From the IMG/VR virus record IMGVR_UViG_3300050343_000110: a stretch of 64,000 nt of DNA, one strand, 5' to 3'. The DNA is from a virus. Of this stretch, positions 21,928 to 31,292 are shown in pieces (position 1 is the first letter of the stretch; each line of letters starts with the position of its first letter). The notes under the pieces were generated by a model, which saw only the letters and a program-made list of their open reading frames with translations, was not told the origin of the DNA and searched no databases. A program made the position numbers and the translations under genes.

Positions 21928-23178
21928 ATGGAAATAAGAGTAGTAAGTAAGTCAGATTGTCCTTTTTGCAAAATGGCAAAAACATGGTTTGAAGATCATG
22001 GATTCCCATATGAAGAAAATTTGATGGATAATGAAGAAGAAAGACTTGCATTCTATCAATCATTGACAAATGGAGTCAATGAAATTGTAGGAAAGTCAGA
22101 TAGAGTTCGTAGAGTAAATTCAGTACCACAGATTTTTATTGATGGTAAACGTATCGGTGGATATGATGAGTTGATGAAAATGGCTCCTGAGCTCTTGAAG
22201 AAGAGAAGTTCTGGTGGACTGATGAAGTTCTCAGAAACCTACAAACCATTTCATTATCCTTGGGCTGTTGAGATTACAACAAGACACGAGAAGGTACATT
22301 GGATTGAAGATGAATTAGATTTATCAGAGGACGTTGCAGATTGGAAGTCTGGTAAGGTTAGTGAAGTTGAGAAAGAATATATCACCAACATTCTAAGACT
22401 GTTTACACAGTCAGATGTTGCAGTAGGACAGAACTATTATGACCAACTTATTCCTAAATTCAAGAACAACGAAGTACGCAATATGCTTGGTTCGTTTGCG
22501 AATAGAGAAGCTATTCACCAACGTGCATATGCACTTCTTAATGAGACACTTGGGTTATCTGATGCCGAGTATCACGCCTTTCTAGAATACCAAGAGATGG
22601 CAGACAAGATTGAGTTTATGATGGATAGTGATCCTAACACTGTTCGTGGACTTGGACTTGCAATGGCAAAGTCAGTGATGAATGAGGGTGTCGCTCTCTT
22701 TGCATCATTCGTGATGTTGTTGAACTTCCAGCGTTACGGTAAGATGAAGGGTATGGGTAAGGTTGTTGAATGGTCAATCAGAGATGAATCAATTCACGTT
22801 GAGGGTATTGCAAGATTGTTCAAAGCATATTGTGCAGAACATCCTCGTATTGTTGACGATGAATTCAAGGGTATGATTTATGAGATGGCCAGACAGGCAG
22901 TCAAATTAGAAGATGCCTTTGTTGACCTTGCATATAAACTTGGTGACATTGAAGGACTAGAACAGGCAGAAGTAAAAGAGTATTGTCGGTATATTACAGA
23001 CAGACGTTTGCTTCAACTAGGATTGAAACCAAACTTCAAGGTAAAAGAGAATCCTTTGACTTGGTTAGAGTGGGTACTCAATGGTGCAGATCATACCAAC
23101 TTCTTTGAGAACAGAGTGACAGAATACGAAGTCGCTGGACTTAATGGTAAGTGGGATGACGTTTATGAGGCCGCCTAA
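21928..23178 (+). CDS. nrdB: Glutaredoxin fused to ribonucleotide reductase beta subunit
   Basis: CPFC..VPQIF..IGGY Grx domain; EAIH..Y, EG..LF.SF, RDE..H, NFFE. Confidence 0.93.
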   Translation: MEIRVVSKSDCPFCKMAKTWFEDHGFPYEENLMDNEEERLAFYQSLTNGVNEIVGKSDRVRRVNSVPQIFIDGKRIGGYDELMKMAPELLKKRSSGGLMKFSETYKPFHYPWAVEITTRHEKVHWIEDELDLSEDVADWKSGKVSEVEKEYITNILRLFTQSDVAVGQNYYDQLIPKFKNNEVRNMLGSFANREAIHQRAYALLNETLGLSDAEYHAFLEYQEMADKIEFMMDSDPNTVRGLGLAMAKSVMNEGVALFASFVMLLNFQRYGKMKGMGKVVEWSIRDESIHVEGIARLFKAYCAEHPRIVDDEFKGMIYEMARQAVKLEDAFVDLAYKLGDIEGLEQAEVKEYCRYITDRRLLQLGLKPNFKVKENPLTWLEWVLNGADHTNFFENRVTEYEVAGLNGKWDDVYEAA

Positions 23179-23186
23179 ATAAAACT

Positions 23187-23354
23187 ATGAGAAAAAAAGA
23201 AATACTATGCGAATCCTGTGAGGCAGTTTTCCGAATCCAGCATGACATGGAAGAACATTACTATTCTATTAGTCATTGCCCGTTCTGTGGTGATGAACTA
23301 AATAGTAGTGAAGATAATGAGGATGACTTATATGATGAAGAAGATTTTTCGTAA
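23187..23354 (+). CDS. Small Zn-ribbon protein with acidic tail (indel in A-run)
   Basis: CESC...CPFCG. Confidence 0.55.
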   Translation: MRKKEILCESCEAVFRIQHDMEEHYYSISHCPFCGDELNSSEDNEDDLYDEEDFS

Positions 23355-23541
23355 AATCCCAGCAGGATTACAGGTAGTTGGACTAGGTATAATTGCAGCA
23401 ATATTCCATTGGAAAACAATTGCATTCTATATTTTTGTAACGGCCTGTTTCTTTTTGATGTTGGCAGAACAAGGTATACTCGCCGCCCTGGCAGTTATAC
23501 CTATTGCTTATGTGTTAGATAAATTAGGTAAGTTGTTTTGA
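23333..23541 (+). CDS. Small membrane protein
   Basis: Hydrophobic segments. Confidence 0.5.
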
Positions 23542-23873
23542 AAACACACTCTGCAAAAGCAAAGGGTAGACGACTCCAACAGTGGGTTCGTGACCAACTC
23601 ATAGAAAAACTAGAAGTACATCCAGAGGATATTGAATCTAGAAGCATGGGTGCTGGCGGTGAAGATTTAATCATGGCTCGTGCCGCTCGTGCAAAGTTCC
23701 CCTATTCAATTGAATGTAAGAATGTAGAGAAACTAAATGTTTGGGATGCATACTCTCAGGCAATAGAAAACAGTGGTGACTATGAACCACTTGTTGTTAT
23801 GAAAAAGAATGGAAAGAAACCTCTGGTGGTTGTTGATGCTGAGTACTTTGTAAAATTACATGATACAGAATAG
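23538..23873 (+). CDS. Holliday junction resolvase-like PD-(D/E)xK nuclease
   Basis: SAKAKGR, GED, IECKN. Confidence 0.75.
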   Translation: MKTHSAKAKGRRLQQWVRDQLIEKLEVHPEDIESRSMGAGGEDLIMARAARAKFPYSIECKNVEKLNVWDAYSQAIENSGDYEPLVVMKKNGKKPLVVVDAEYFVKLHDTE

Positions 23874-23944
23874 GTGTGCGATTTTGTCACATCACCTATT
23901 CCAAAATAACTTCAATAAAAATGTCAACAAGACTGTCCTAGTCT

Positions 23945-23952
23945 TATAAATA
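23945..23952 (+). promoter_or_regulatory. T4-type late promoter
   Basis: TATAAATA. Confidence 0.65.
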
Positions 23953-23982
23953 TCTGCGAAACCCCCCAAAGGAGTTGTAACT

Positions 23983-24045
23983 ATGTGGCCTTACACAGAT
24001 GAGGAAGCGGAATACCTGAGCGTGCCGCCGACTAAACCCAACTAA
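23983..24045 (+). CDS. 20-aa peptide MWPYTDEEAEYLSVPPTKPN
   Basis: AAGGAG RBS; followed directly by a hairpin. Confidence 0.5.
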   Translation: MWPYTDEEAEYLSVPPTKPN

Positions 24046-24047
24046 CT

Positions 24048-24071
24048 AGGGATGCTTTTTGCATCCCTTTT
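24048..24071 (+). terminator. Intrinsic terminator/attenuator hairpin
   Basis: AGGGATGC-TTTTT-GCATCCCT then T-run. Confidence 0.6.
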
Positions 24072-24095
24072 GTACTTTTAAGAGGAAGAAATATT

Positions 24096-24254
24096 ATGTC
24101 AAAATGGATTGCAAAATTGTTTGAACCAAAACATAATTCTAATGATATTGTACGTTTTGTTCGTACTGAATATCGAAAGGATACAGAACACCTACACGAT
24201 GTAGATGTTATCGCCTACTACAATAACTTAATGACAAAGAAAAGGAGAGCCTAA
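24096..24254 (+). CDS. 52-aa hypothetical protein
   Basis: GAGG RBS; MSKWIAKLFEPK...FVRTEY. Confidence 0.55.
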   Translation: MSKWIAKLFEPKHNSNDIVRFVRTEYRKDTEHLHDVDVIAYYNNLMTKKRRA

Positions 24255-24457
24255 TGTCCATTGGACTAGTAATAAGATATACATATGAAGAAACTTGTGA
24301 AATTTGTGAACAAGTTGCCAAGTTTACAAAAGTTGTTTTCAGAGAATTTGATAGATTCTTTACACGAGTTGGATATGCAAGAGCAGCATCTGAACTTGCA
24401 AGACAAGGATATGTTAATGAAGCAAAAGCACTGATGTTAGAAAAGGATAAGATGTAA
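24254..24457 (+). CDS. Small hypothetical protein
   Basis: GYARAASELARQGY motif; translational coupling. Confidence 0.6.
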   Translation: MSIGLVIRYTYEETCEICEQVAKFTKVVFREFDRFFTRVGYARAASELARQGYVNEAKALMLEKDKM

Positions 24458-24588
24458 TGTTGAACTCTTTTATAAAATGGTGGAGTACAAGAGATGTTCG
24501 CAGAATCGAAAGTTACCTTGCATCTTCAACCGACCTAGTTGAACTAGAACGCAGACAACAGATGTTGGCACGAAAAGGCATATATTAA
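24457..24588 (+). CDS. DUF3563-like small protein
   Basis: ESYLASSTDLVELERRQ. Confidence 0.55.
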   Translation: MLNSFIKWWSTRDVRRIESYLASSTDLVELERRQQMLARKGIY

Positions 24589-24592
24589 AGTC

Positions 24593-24620
24593 CGATTCGG
24601 CCACGATTCGGCACGATTCG
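24593..24620 (+). repeat. Three CGATTCG motifs at 10-11 bp spacing
   Basis: At 24593, 24604, 24614. Confidence 0.85.
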
Positions 24621-24667
24621 GCAAACTATGTAACTAAATTCTATAAATCCCAAAAAATATGTCTTAG

Positions 24668-24695
24668 AAGCCCTTGATTTACAAGGGCTTTTTTT
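24668..24695 (+). terminator. Terminator hairpin containing an IHF-like site
   Basis: AAGCCCTTG-ATTTA-CAAGGGCTT plus T-run. Confidence 0.75.
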
Positions 24696-24710
24696 ATGCC
24701 AAAAAAGGCC

Positions 24711-24739
24711 TTGACTTGTTATGAAAACATTGGTATAGT
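24711..24739 (+). promoter_or_regulatory. Early sigma70 promoter with TGTTATGAAAACA spacer element
   Basis: TTGACT-17-TATAGT. Confidence 0.8.
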
Positions 24740-24770
24740 ATATGTATAGTCAAGAGAAAGAGAGAAACAA

Positions 24771-25851
24771 ATGACAGAGACAATTTTTATCGGTGCGAAC
24801 AACGGTGGCCTTGAGATTTACAAAGGTGCTGGAAACTTGATTGCTGGAAACGTCCAGACTGCAAAGACTTTCAAATATGTGATGGATACTCATGGTATTG
24901 ATGTTGACGATGACACCTTCTGGTACACAAGCAGCATGGACTTTGCAGATGAAGAAGGGTTCGCCCACTATGACGATGCAAAGATACTTGCAGAAGAAGG
25001 TTTTAAATTAATGGAAATGACAAAGGCGTATTAAAATGAATATTGAGAAAGTTACAAATATGATGTGTGAGTTCGTTACCTATGTTGACGATTTCTATAA
25101 TGAGAAGTCTGGTATCTATCCTATCAAGGGTATGACAGACATGATGGTTATCAAGGCTGTCCAGAAACACGTTGCAAATGTTGGAATGGATTTCTGTGCC
25201 GACAGTGTTGATAGAGAATGGGTAAGGGATATCATCCTTGCTGATAACGATTTGAAATGGGGAGTGTAATTATGGGTTATTTTTACCAAGATTGGAAAGA
25301 GAAAAAGATGTTTGTTGAGAATACAGACGGGTCAGTTCGTGATGAACTTTGGTGAGGCAGAGAAGTCAATGATTCAGAATCTTGAAGATGCTGTCATCAA
25401 TCTCACAGAGGGTGCTTCTGATGAGAAGAGAATGGCGATTGGATACATGGAGTATCTTGCCGACTGCCTGAAAAAAGGTAAACTTGAAGTTAAGTGGAAC
25501 ATTAGTTAGGAGAATATTATGGGATTGTTAGTAAACGTATATAAGACTGAAGGTCGTGATTGTACAAATGGTGGTGTTTCCTCTAAGTGGAACATCAAAG
25601 GACTTTGTTTGATAAATGTGCCTGGGCCCTTTAACCCAAGTGAGGATTATCCTGCCGCACAGTTGGTAAAACAGAGTTTTTATTTTGGTGATAGTGTGAA
25701 GATTATCCCAGAAGAGTGTGAAGGTAAACAGACAATGATGGGTGGTAACTATGCCGCAACATCTGATAGTCGGTTCAGTGACGCCATTGCGGCACGACTT
25801 GGACACAACTTCTACGGTGCTGTTCCTATTCACGATAGGGTTGAATTTTAA
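24771..25851 (+). other. Four small early genes (24771..25034, 25036..25269, ~25272..25509 frameshifted, 25519..25851)
   Basis: Tandem ORFs with RBSs behind an early promoter. Confidence 0.65.
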
Positions 25852-25863
25852 TTCAAAAAGCTA

Positions 25864-25892
25864 TTGACTTGTTATGAAAACAATGGTATTAT
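25864..25892 (+). promoter_or_regulatory. Early sigma70 promoter with the same spacer element
   Basis: TTGACT-TGTTATGAAAACAATGG-TATTAT. Confidence 0.8.
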
Positions 25893-26091
25893 GTAATAGA
25901 AAGATGAGGAGAGATTTGGATGTGACAATATTCTAAGGACAAAAACAGTGCAAGTAGGTTCGCCCATATGAATTGAAAGCTATGTCCACACAGGGTGATA
26001 TGGGGCGCACTAGCTAAAAGACCTGACTAGTGTGACTGACAGTGATGCGACCACATTAAAAGCCAGGCATTCTTTTTTGAGGAGATTTGTT

Positions 26092-26678
26092 ATGAATGAC
26101 GTTTTAAATGATATTGAGGTTCTTGAGAATCTTGTGATTGCAATGAATGAAGGTGCATCTGATGAGAAGTTCATGGCACTTCATGCAGTAGAAAAACTTC
26201 TTATTGAGAAGAAGGATTTGGTTCAGAAGTTTGAAGAGGAGTTTGCAGATGATACGCAACAAGCAGCCTAAGGATGAAATCGTAATTGATTTGACTGGCC
26301 CAGATGGGAATGCATTTTCTTTGATGGCCAATGCACAGAATCTTGCCAAACAGTTGGGGTTCAATGGTAAGGAAATCGTTGATGAAATGACTACTGGCGA
26401 CTATGAAAACCTTATTTCAGTGTTCGATAAATATTTCGGAGACTACGTTATATTGGAGCGTTAAATGACAGGACTTGAATTTTCATTGGTGGCAACACCT
26501 ATACTTGCTGGTTTTTTCTACTTTGGAAAACATCAGGGCAAGAAAGAAAAGATTGAACATATCATCGACCCATACTTTGAATCAGTTAGAAAAGAACAAT
26601 ATGATTAAAGTATCGGTTGATAAAAAAACTGGCGAAAAAGAGATTTTGCCACTTGACAAATACCAAAAAGTTTGGTAA
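26092..26678 (+). other. Three small early genes (26092..26271, ~26249..26464, ~26465..26678)
   Basis: ORFs; the second has the IDLTGPDGNAF motif common in large phages. Confidence 0.6.
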
Positions 26679-26703
26679 TATATAAAGTAATGTGAGTGAT
26701 TCG
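26653..26703 (+). promoter_or_regulatory. sigma70 promoter followed by TGATTCG
   Basis: TTGACA-17-TAATAT; motif at 26697. Confidence 0.65.
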
Positions 26704-26862
26704 GAGAAAGGTTAAAGATGTGATTTATGAAACTCTAGATGAAGCGGTTGAGGCCGCTCTAGTAATGTGTGATGCCCTAGAAACTGTTGTAAAGATTACA
26801 GAGTGCAAGGGTGGATATGAATTGTTTGGAACTGGAAAGTTTGTAAAGGAAATAACAGGATA

Positions 26863-27267
26863 ATGAAAAAGACTTTAATGACACTAGCACTTATTGGTGC
26901 ATCTAGTACTGCATATGCAGAGACAGTACAGGATTATAACAAACAGGTTATTAATCGTGTACCTTACAATGTAGAGGTTTGTACTAACCAATCAGTGGGT
27001 GGCGATAAATCTGGTGATATGCTAAGAGGTGCTATCATTGGTGGTATTATCGGTAACAACGTAACTAAGAATGTAGAGAACGGCGGTGCTGTTGGTGCAT
27101 TACTTGGTGGTATGTTTGGACATAGTAATTCCACGGCCACTGGTGGTACACAACGAGTGTGTAATGTACAAACTCGTTATAATGAGGAATCTGTAACAGT
27201 CTACTCTCATAGTGTAGTAACATTCTACCATGAAGGTAAACAGTATAAACTAAGATTTCAAAAGTAA
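26863..27267 (+). CDS. Glycine-zipper 2TM exported protein
   Basis: Signal peptide; GAIIGGIIG...GAVGALLGG. Confidence 0.75.
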   Translation: MKKTLMTLALIGASSTAYAETVQDYNKQVINRVPYNVEVCTNQSVGGDKSGDMLRGAIIGGIIGNNVTKNVENGGAVGALLGGMFGHSNSTATGGTQRVCNVQTRYNEESVTVYSHSVVTFYHEGKQYKLRFQK

Positions 27268-27281
27268 CTAGTTGAGCGAAT

Positions 27282-27359
27282 CTGTCCGTAGCTCAGCTGG
27301 ATCAGAGCAACAGCCTTCTAAGCTGTGGGTCGCAGGTTCGAGTCCTGCCGGACAGGCCA
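27282..27359 (+). tRNA. tRNA-Arg (UCU)
   Basis: Acceptor CTGTCCG/CGGACAG, anticodon arm ACAGC-CTTCTAA-GCTGT, GGTTCGAGT, encoded CCA. Confidence 0.95.
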
Positions 27360-27375
27360 ACTAACTGAGGAAAGT

Positions 27376-27627
27376 ATGTATAATAAAAGGAACAAAAGAA
27401 AACAAGAAAAACCACTTGGTGGCATGACAGTTATAGTTCGTAACGATGATGTCAATGGTGCATTGCGAGTCTTGAAAAAGAAACTTCTAAAGGAAGGTCT
27501 TTTCCAAGAAATGCGAGAGCGTTCATTCTATGAGAGTAGAGGAACAAAGAAAAGAAAAGCAAAAGCTGCTGCAACTAGACGATACAAACGTAAGATGCAG
27601 AAGCGTATGGAAGAACTTGGTTATTAA
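27376..27627 (+). CDS. rpsU: Ribosomal protein bS21
   Basis: V.VRNDDVNGALRVLKKK...G.F.E.R.R.FYE. Confidence 0.85.
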   Translation: MYNKRNKRKQEKPLGGMTVIVRNDDVNGALRVLKKKLLKEGLFQEMRERSFYESRGTKKRKAKAAATRRYKRKMQKRMEELGY

Positions 27628-27637
27628 GAGGTGAATC

Positions 27638-28147
27638 ATGGCACGGCGTGCTAAAGTGGAGACTGACTCAACACTACCTAAAACTCGTAAAAGACGTAAA
27701 CCGATGACTGTCGAACAGAAGGCAGCCGCCGCAGAACGTCTTGCGATTGCACGAGAGAAACGTGCCAAAGCAAACCCACCAAAATATACAAACATCCATC
27801 ATACTGTGGTTGCTCTTGATGAAGAACACATCATGTCTATGAAGAATGTTCAACGATGGATTAAGACACAGAAAGAACTGTTGTCAATTGCAAAGAGTGA
27901 TGTTAGACGTAAGGTAAAGGGTGCAGAGGCTCGTGTTGCTTCTCACGAAGGATACATTCGTAATCTTCATAGGTATCTTAGGGATGGTGATTACTGTGAT
28001 AGTTTCTACGGCGAACATCAACAACACAAATGCAAATTAGTTTGTAGAGTTATGGCGTACAATCCTGATGGTACACCAAAGAGAAGTGTGGGTGTCTGGT
28101 ATCCAGACATTGGCTGCACTTGGACAAGGGAAATGGAAAATGAGTGA
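27638..28147 (+). CDS. Basic hypothetical protein
   Basis: AAAERLA.AREKR motif. Confidence 0.65.
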   Translation: MARRAKVETDSTLPKTRKRRKPMTVEQKAAAAERLAIAREKRAKANPPKYTNIHHTVVALDEEHIMSMKNVQRWIKTQKELLSIAKSDVRRKVKGAEARVASHEGYIRNLHRYLRDGDYCDSFYGEHQQHKCKLVCRVMAYNPDGTPKRSVGVWYPDIGCTWTREMENE

Positions 28148-28532
28148 GAACGACAATGGAAAGATTATTCAGTTTCCAACGAAACTAAAATCTCATGGAG
28201 ATGTAAAGATAAGTGATAAGGCAATCAGATTGCATACTGATTTGAAATTTGCAGAACATCTTTGTGAAGGCCTCGTTGTAAACATGATTGCAAATATGAA
28301 CGAGAATGGAATGGATACAGAAAATCCAGAATTCATTAAAGATATAGGTTTTATGATCGAGGTTGTAAAGGCGACTATCTATAGAGACATGGGTGTAAAA
28401 CATCCTATGCAAGAACTTGTTGACATTTTTGTACTTTCGGAGTATGATGAGACTCAAGGAATTTACACTGAGTTTGATTTGGATTTGGTGAAAGAAGTTA
28501 TTAATGAAATAGCAGGAGATGAAAAAGATTAG
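28140..28532 (+). CDS. Hypothetical protein
   Basis: KIIQFP motif; upstream of rnh. Confidence 0.6.
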   Translation: MSENDNGKIIQFPTKLKSHGDVKISDKAIRLHTDLKFAEHLCEGLVVNMIANMNENGMDTENPEFIKDIGFMIEVVKATIYRDMGVKHPMQELVDIFVLSEYDETQGIYTEFDLDLVKEVINEIAGDEKD

Positions 28533-28534
28533 TT

Positions 28535-29397
28535 ATGATATTAATTGATATGAACCAAGTATGCATCAGTAATCTAATGATGCAGATAGGTTCTAAAAGA
28601 CAAAATGATGTAGATGAAAGCCTGGTTCGTCATATGGTTCTCAACTCACTTAGAATGTATCGTTCTAGGTTTGGTGAAAAGTATGGCGAACTTGTTCTTT
28701 GTTATGATAGCAAAAAGTATTGGAGAAGAGAATACTTCCCTAACTATAAGTCTAATCGTAAGAAGGACAGAGAGGCATCTGGACTAGATTGGAATCTAAT
28801 CTTTGAAACACTGAATAACATTCGTGATGAGATTCGTGACAACTTTCCATATAAAGTAATAGAGGTAGAAGGTGCAGAGGCTGATGATTGTATTGCTACA
28901 ATAGTTGATTATGTTTCTAAAACACCTACTGCATATGAAAAGGTTCTTATCCTATCTGGTGATAAAGATTTTATTCAGTTGCAAAAACACAACTTTGTAA
29001 AGCAATTTTCACCTGTTTTAAAGAAGTTTGTAGACGGACAAGACCCTCACCTATATATTAGAGAACATATATTGAAGGGGGATAGGAGTGACGGTGTACC
29101 TAACTTCTTATCTGCTGACGATACATTTGTAAACGAGTTGCGACAGAAACCACTGGCCAAGAAGAAAATCTCTACATGGGTTGAACTTGAACCAGAGGAT
29201 TTTTGTACAGAAGAAATGATGAGGAATTATCAACGCAACAAAACATTAATTGATTTGGAATGTATTCCTAGTGTTTTGAAAGAGAAGATACTAATAGATT
29301 ATCTGAAATCACCAATTGGTGATAGATCTCAAAACTACTGAGTTATTTCATATCAAAAAGATTGAAGAATCTTATGAACGATATTGGAGACTTTTAA
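28535..29397 (+). CDS. rnh: T4 RNase H / 5'-3' exonuclease (indel near 3' end)
   Basis: YWRR..FP.YK, EADD, SGDKDF.QL, GDRSDGVPN. Confidence 0.93.
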
Positions 29398-29398
29398 T

Positions 29399-29852
29399 AT
29401 GAGTAGAACGCATACACCTCTACTTTCTGAGGTACTAAAGAAAGTGCATAACGCAAAAACTAAGGATAAGAAGATTTCTATCCTAAGAGAGAACGACAGT
29501 GACCCTCTTAGAATGGTTATTAAATCTTCTTTCGACCCCTAACATCGAATGGGTATTCCCAGAAGGTGAAGTTCCTTACAAAAAGAACGATGTTCCAGAG
29601 GGAACAGAACATACTGTTCTGAGAAAAGAATGCAGAAAACTGTTTAGATTCATCAAAGGGGGTGACAATACCATACCACAGTTTCGCAAAGAAAATCTTT
29701 TCATTCAAATGTTGGAAGGGTTACACGAATCTGAGGCTCAACTTATTATTGATGCCAAGGATAAAAAACTGCATCAGGTTTACAAAGGACTATCTGATAA
29801 TGTAGTTAAAGAAGCATTTGGTTGGAATGACCAATATATCAAGGAAACCTAA
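29399..29852 (+). CDS. Conserved T4-like hypothetical protein (frameshifted)
   Basis: PEG.VPY, FIQMLEGLH..EA motifs. Confidence 0.65.
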
Positions 29853-29853
29853 T

Positions 29854-30364
29854 ATGAAAGAAAATTATCAAAATTGTTTGGAGATTATTCTCCATCACGA
29901 AGGCGGTTATGTAAATCATCCAAAAGACCCCTGGCGGCGAAACTAACCTTGGTGTAACCAAAAGGGTTTATGAAGAATGGGGTGGAACTAAAGAGATGAA
30001 AGATTTAGAAGTCTCTGATGTTGCTCCTATCTATGAGAAAAACTATTGGGGGCGACTAAAATGTGACGATATCCCATCTGGGCTTGACCTCTGCGTATTC
30101 GATTTCGGAGTAAACGCTGGTACAGGACGTAGTGCAAAGTATTTGCAGACAATGATTGGAACAGTTGCAGATGGTGGCATCGGCCCAAATACACTAAGAA
30201 CACTTGGTGAGTATATTGATGAACATGGTCTTGAAACAACTATTAAGAACTTTCAAGAAGCCCGTCAGTCATACTATGAGAAACTATCTACCTTTGAGAC
30301 ATTCGGTAGAGGGTGGACTCGTAGGGTTCTAGAAACTACATCTTCTGCTCTAAAAATGTCTTGA
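29854..30364 (+). CDS. Glycoside hydrolase family 108 lysozyme (frameshift near 29930)
   Basis: HEGGYVNHPKDP-GGETNLGVT, FDFGVNAG, DGGIGP.T, FGRGW..R. Confidence 0.88.
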
Positions 30365-30389
30365 CAAAACGCCCAGTTTTTAGTATTAT
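30361..30389 (+). promoter_or_regulatory. sigma70 promoter of candidate sRNA
   Basis: TTGACA-17-TATTAT. Confidence 0.7.
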
Positions 30390-30394
30390 ATAAC

Positions 30395-30480
30395 AGTTGG
30401 GGGTTGTTGAACTCTTCTCTCTCAAACTCTCTCACTCCCCCCAACATAGAAATCCCCTGAGAAATCAGGGGATTTTTTTT
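30395..30480 (+). ncRNA. Candidate ~85-nt sRNA with CU-rich loop
   Basis: Own promoter, stem GTTGGGGG/CCCCCAAC, pyrimidine loop, 11-bp GAAA-capped terminator with T-run, no ORF. Confidence 0.65.
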
Positions 30481-30490
30481 GATTTTTCTC

Positions 30491-30519
30491 TTGACATTTG
30501 TTATTAAAGCAAGTATAAT
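30491..30519 (+). promoter_or_regulatory. Early promoter with operator variant
   Basis: TTGACA-17-TATAAT, spacer contains TGTTATTAAAGCA. Confidence 0.8.
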
Positions 30520-30552
30520 AGCTATATAAGATAAAGAAAGGAATTTATTATT

Positions 30553-30816
30553 ATGATTAAAAATTTGAATATACCAGAAACTTGTGGATGGCTGGGAATG
30601 ATTCTCATCCACGGAGCAACTGCTCCAACATCAATCTCTGTTCTAATGGGATGGTCAACTAACTTGCCACCATTGAACTTCATACTATTAGTATGGTTAG
30701 GATTGTTCTTGTTTCTGGTTAGAGCGATATACGCTAAAGATACTTTGTACATTGTATCTAATGCGATTGGATTTGCCTTGAATACCTTGTTGTTAAGTTT
30801 GATTGCATTTAATTAA
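30553..30816 (+). CDS. 3-TM membrane protein, SemiSWEET/PQ-loop-like
   Basis: GWLG..L...A..P helix 1; D.LYIVSN helix 3. Confidence 0.5.
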   Translation: MIKNLNIPETCGWLGMILIHGATAPTSISVLMGWSTNLPPLNFILLVWLGLFLFLVRAIYAKDTLYIVSNAIGFALNTLLLSLIAFN

Positions 30817-30822
30817 AAAGAC

Positions 30823-30877
30823 TTGACTTGTTATGAAAACAATGGTATGATCTATATAGAAAGTGAGAAGTGATTCG
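30823..30877 (+). promoter_or_regulatory. Early promoter with operator and TGATTCG
   Basis: TTGACT-TGTTATGAAAACAATGG-TATGAT; motif at 30871. Confidence 0.8.
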
Positions 30878-30878
30878 T

Positions 30879-31292
30879 ATGAATTATATTGAAGTTATCG
30901 GTGGAAACAAGTTTCAGAAACATACTGCTGAAGTAGTTGTTGGACAGATGATTCAAGCTCTTATGCCTAGAATGAGAACATTAGAGATTACAGTCAACAT
31001 CAAAAAACTGACAGGTGATGCTGTTGGTTGGTGTATGATGGAAGATACTAATCGTGAATTTACGATTGACGTTCATAACAAACTGACACTGAAAGATTTT
31101 GTGACTACTATCTGTCACGAGATGGTTCATGTTAAACAGTACGCCCGTAAAGAGACTTGTGGTTATGGTAAGAAGTGGAAGGGTAAGAAGATTGCCCCTA
31201 AGACTGCTTACTATGATTTACCTTGGGAAAAGGAAGCGTACAAACTGCAAGACAATCTTGCACAACTAGTATGGGATGCAGATGTACTCTAA
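30879..31292 (+). CDS. Zincin-like metallopeptidase
   Basis: HEMVHVKQY and PWE.EA. Confidence 0.75.
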   Translation: MNYIEVIGGNKFQKHTAEVVVGQMIQALMPRMRTLEITVNIKKLTGDAVGWCMMEDTNREFTIDVHNKLTLKDFVTTICHEMVHVKQYARKETCGYGKKWKGKKIAPKTAYYDLPWEKEAYKLQDNLAQLVWDADVL

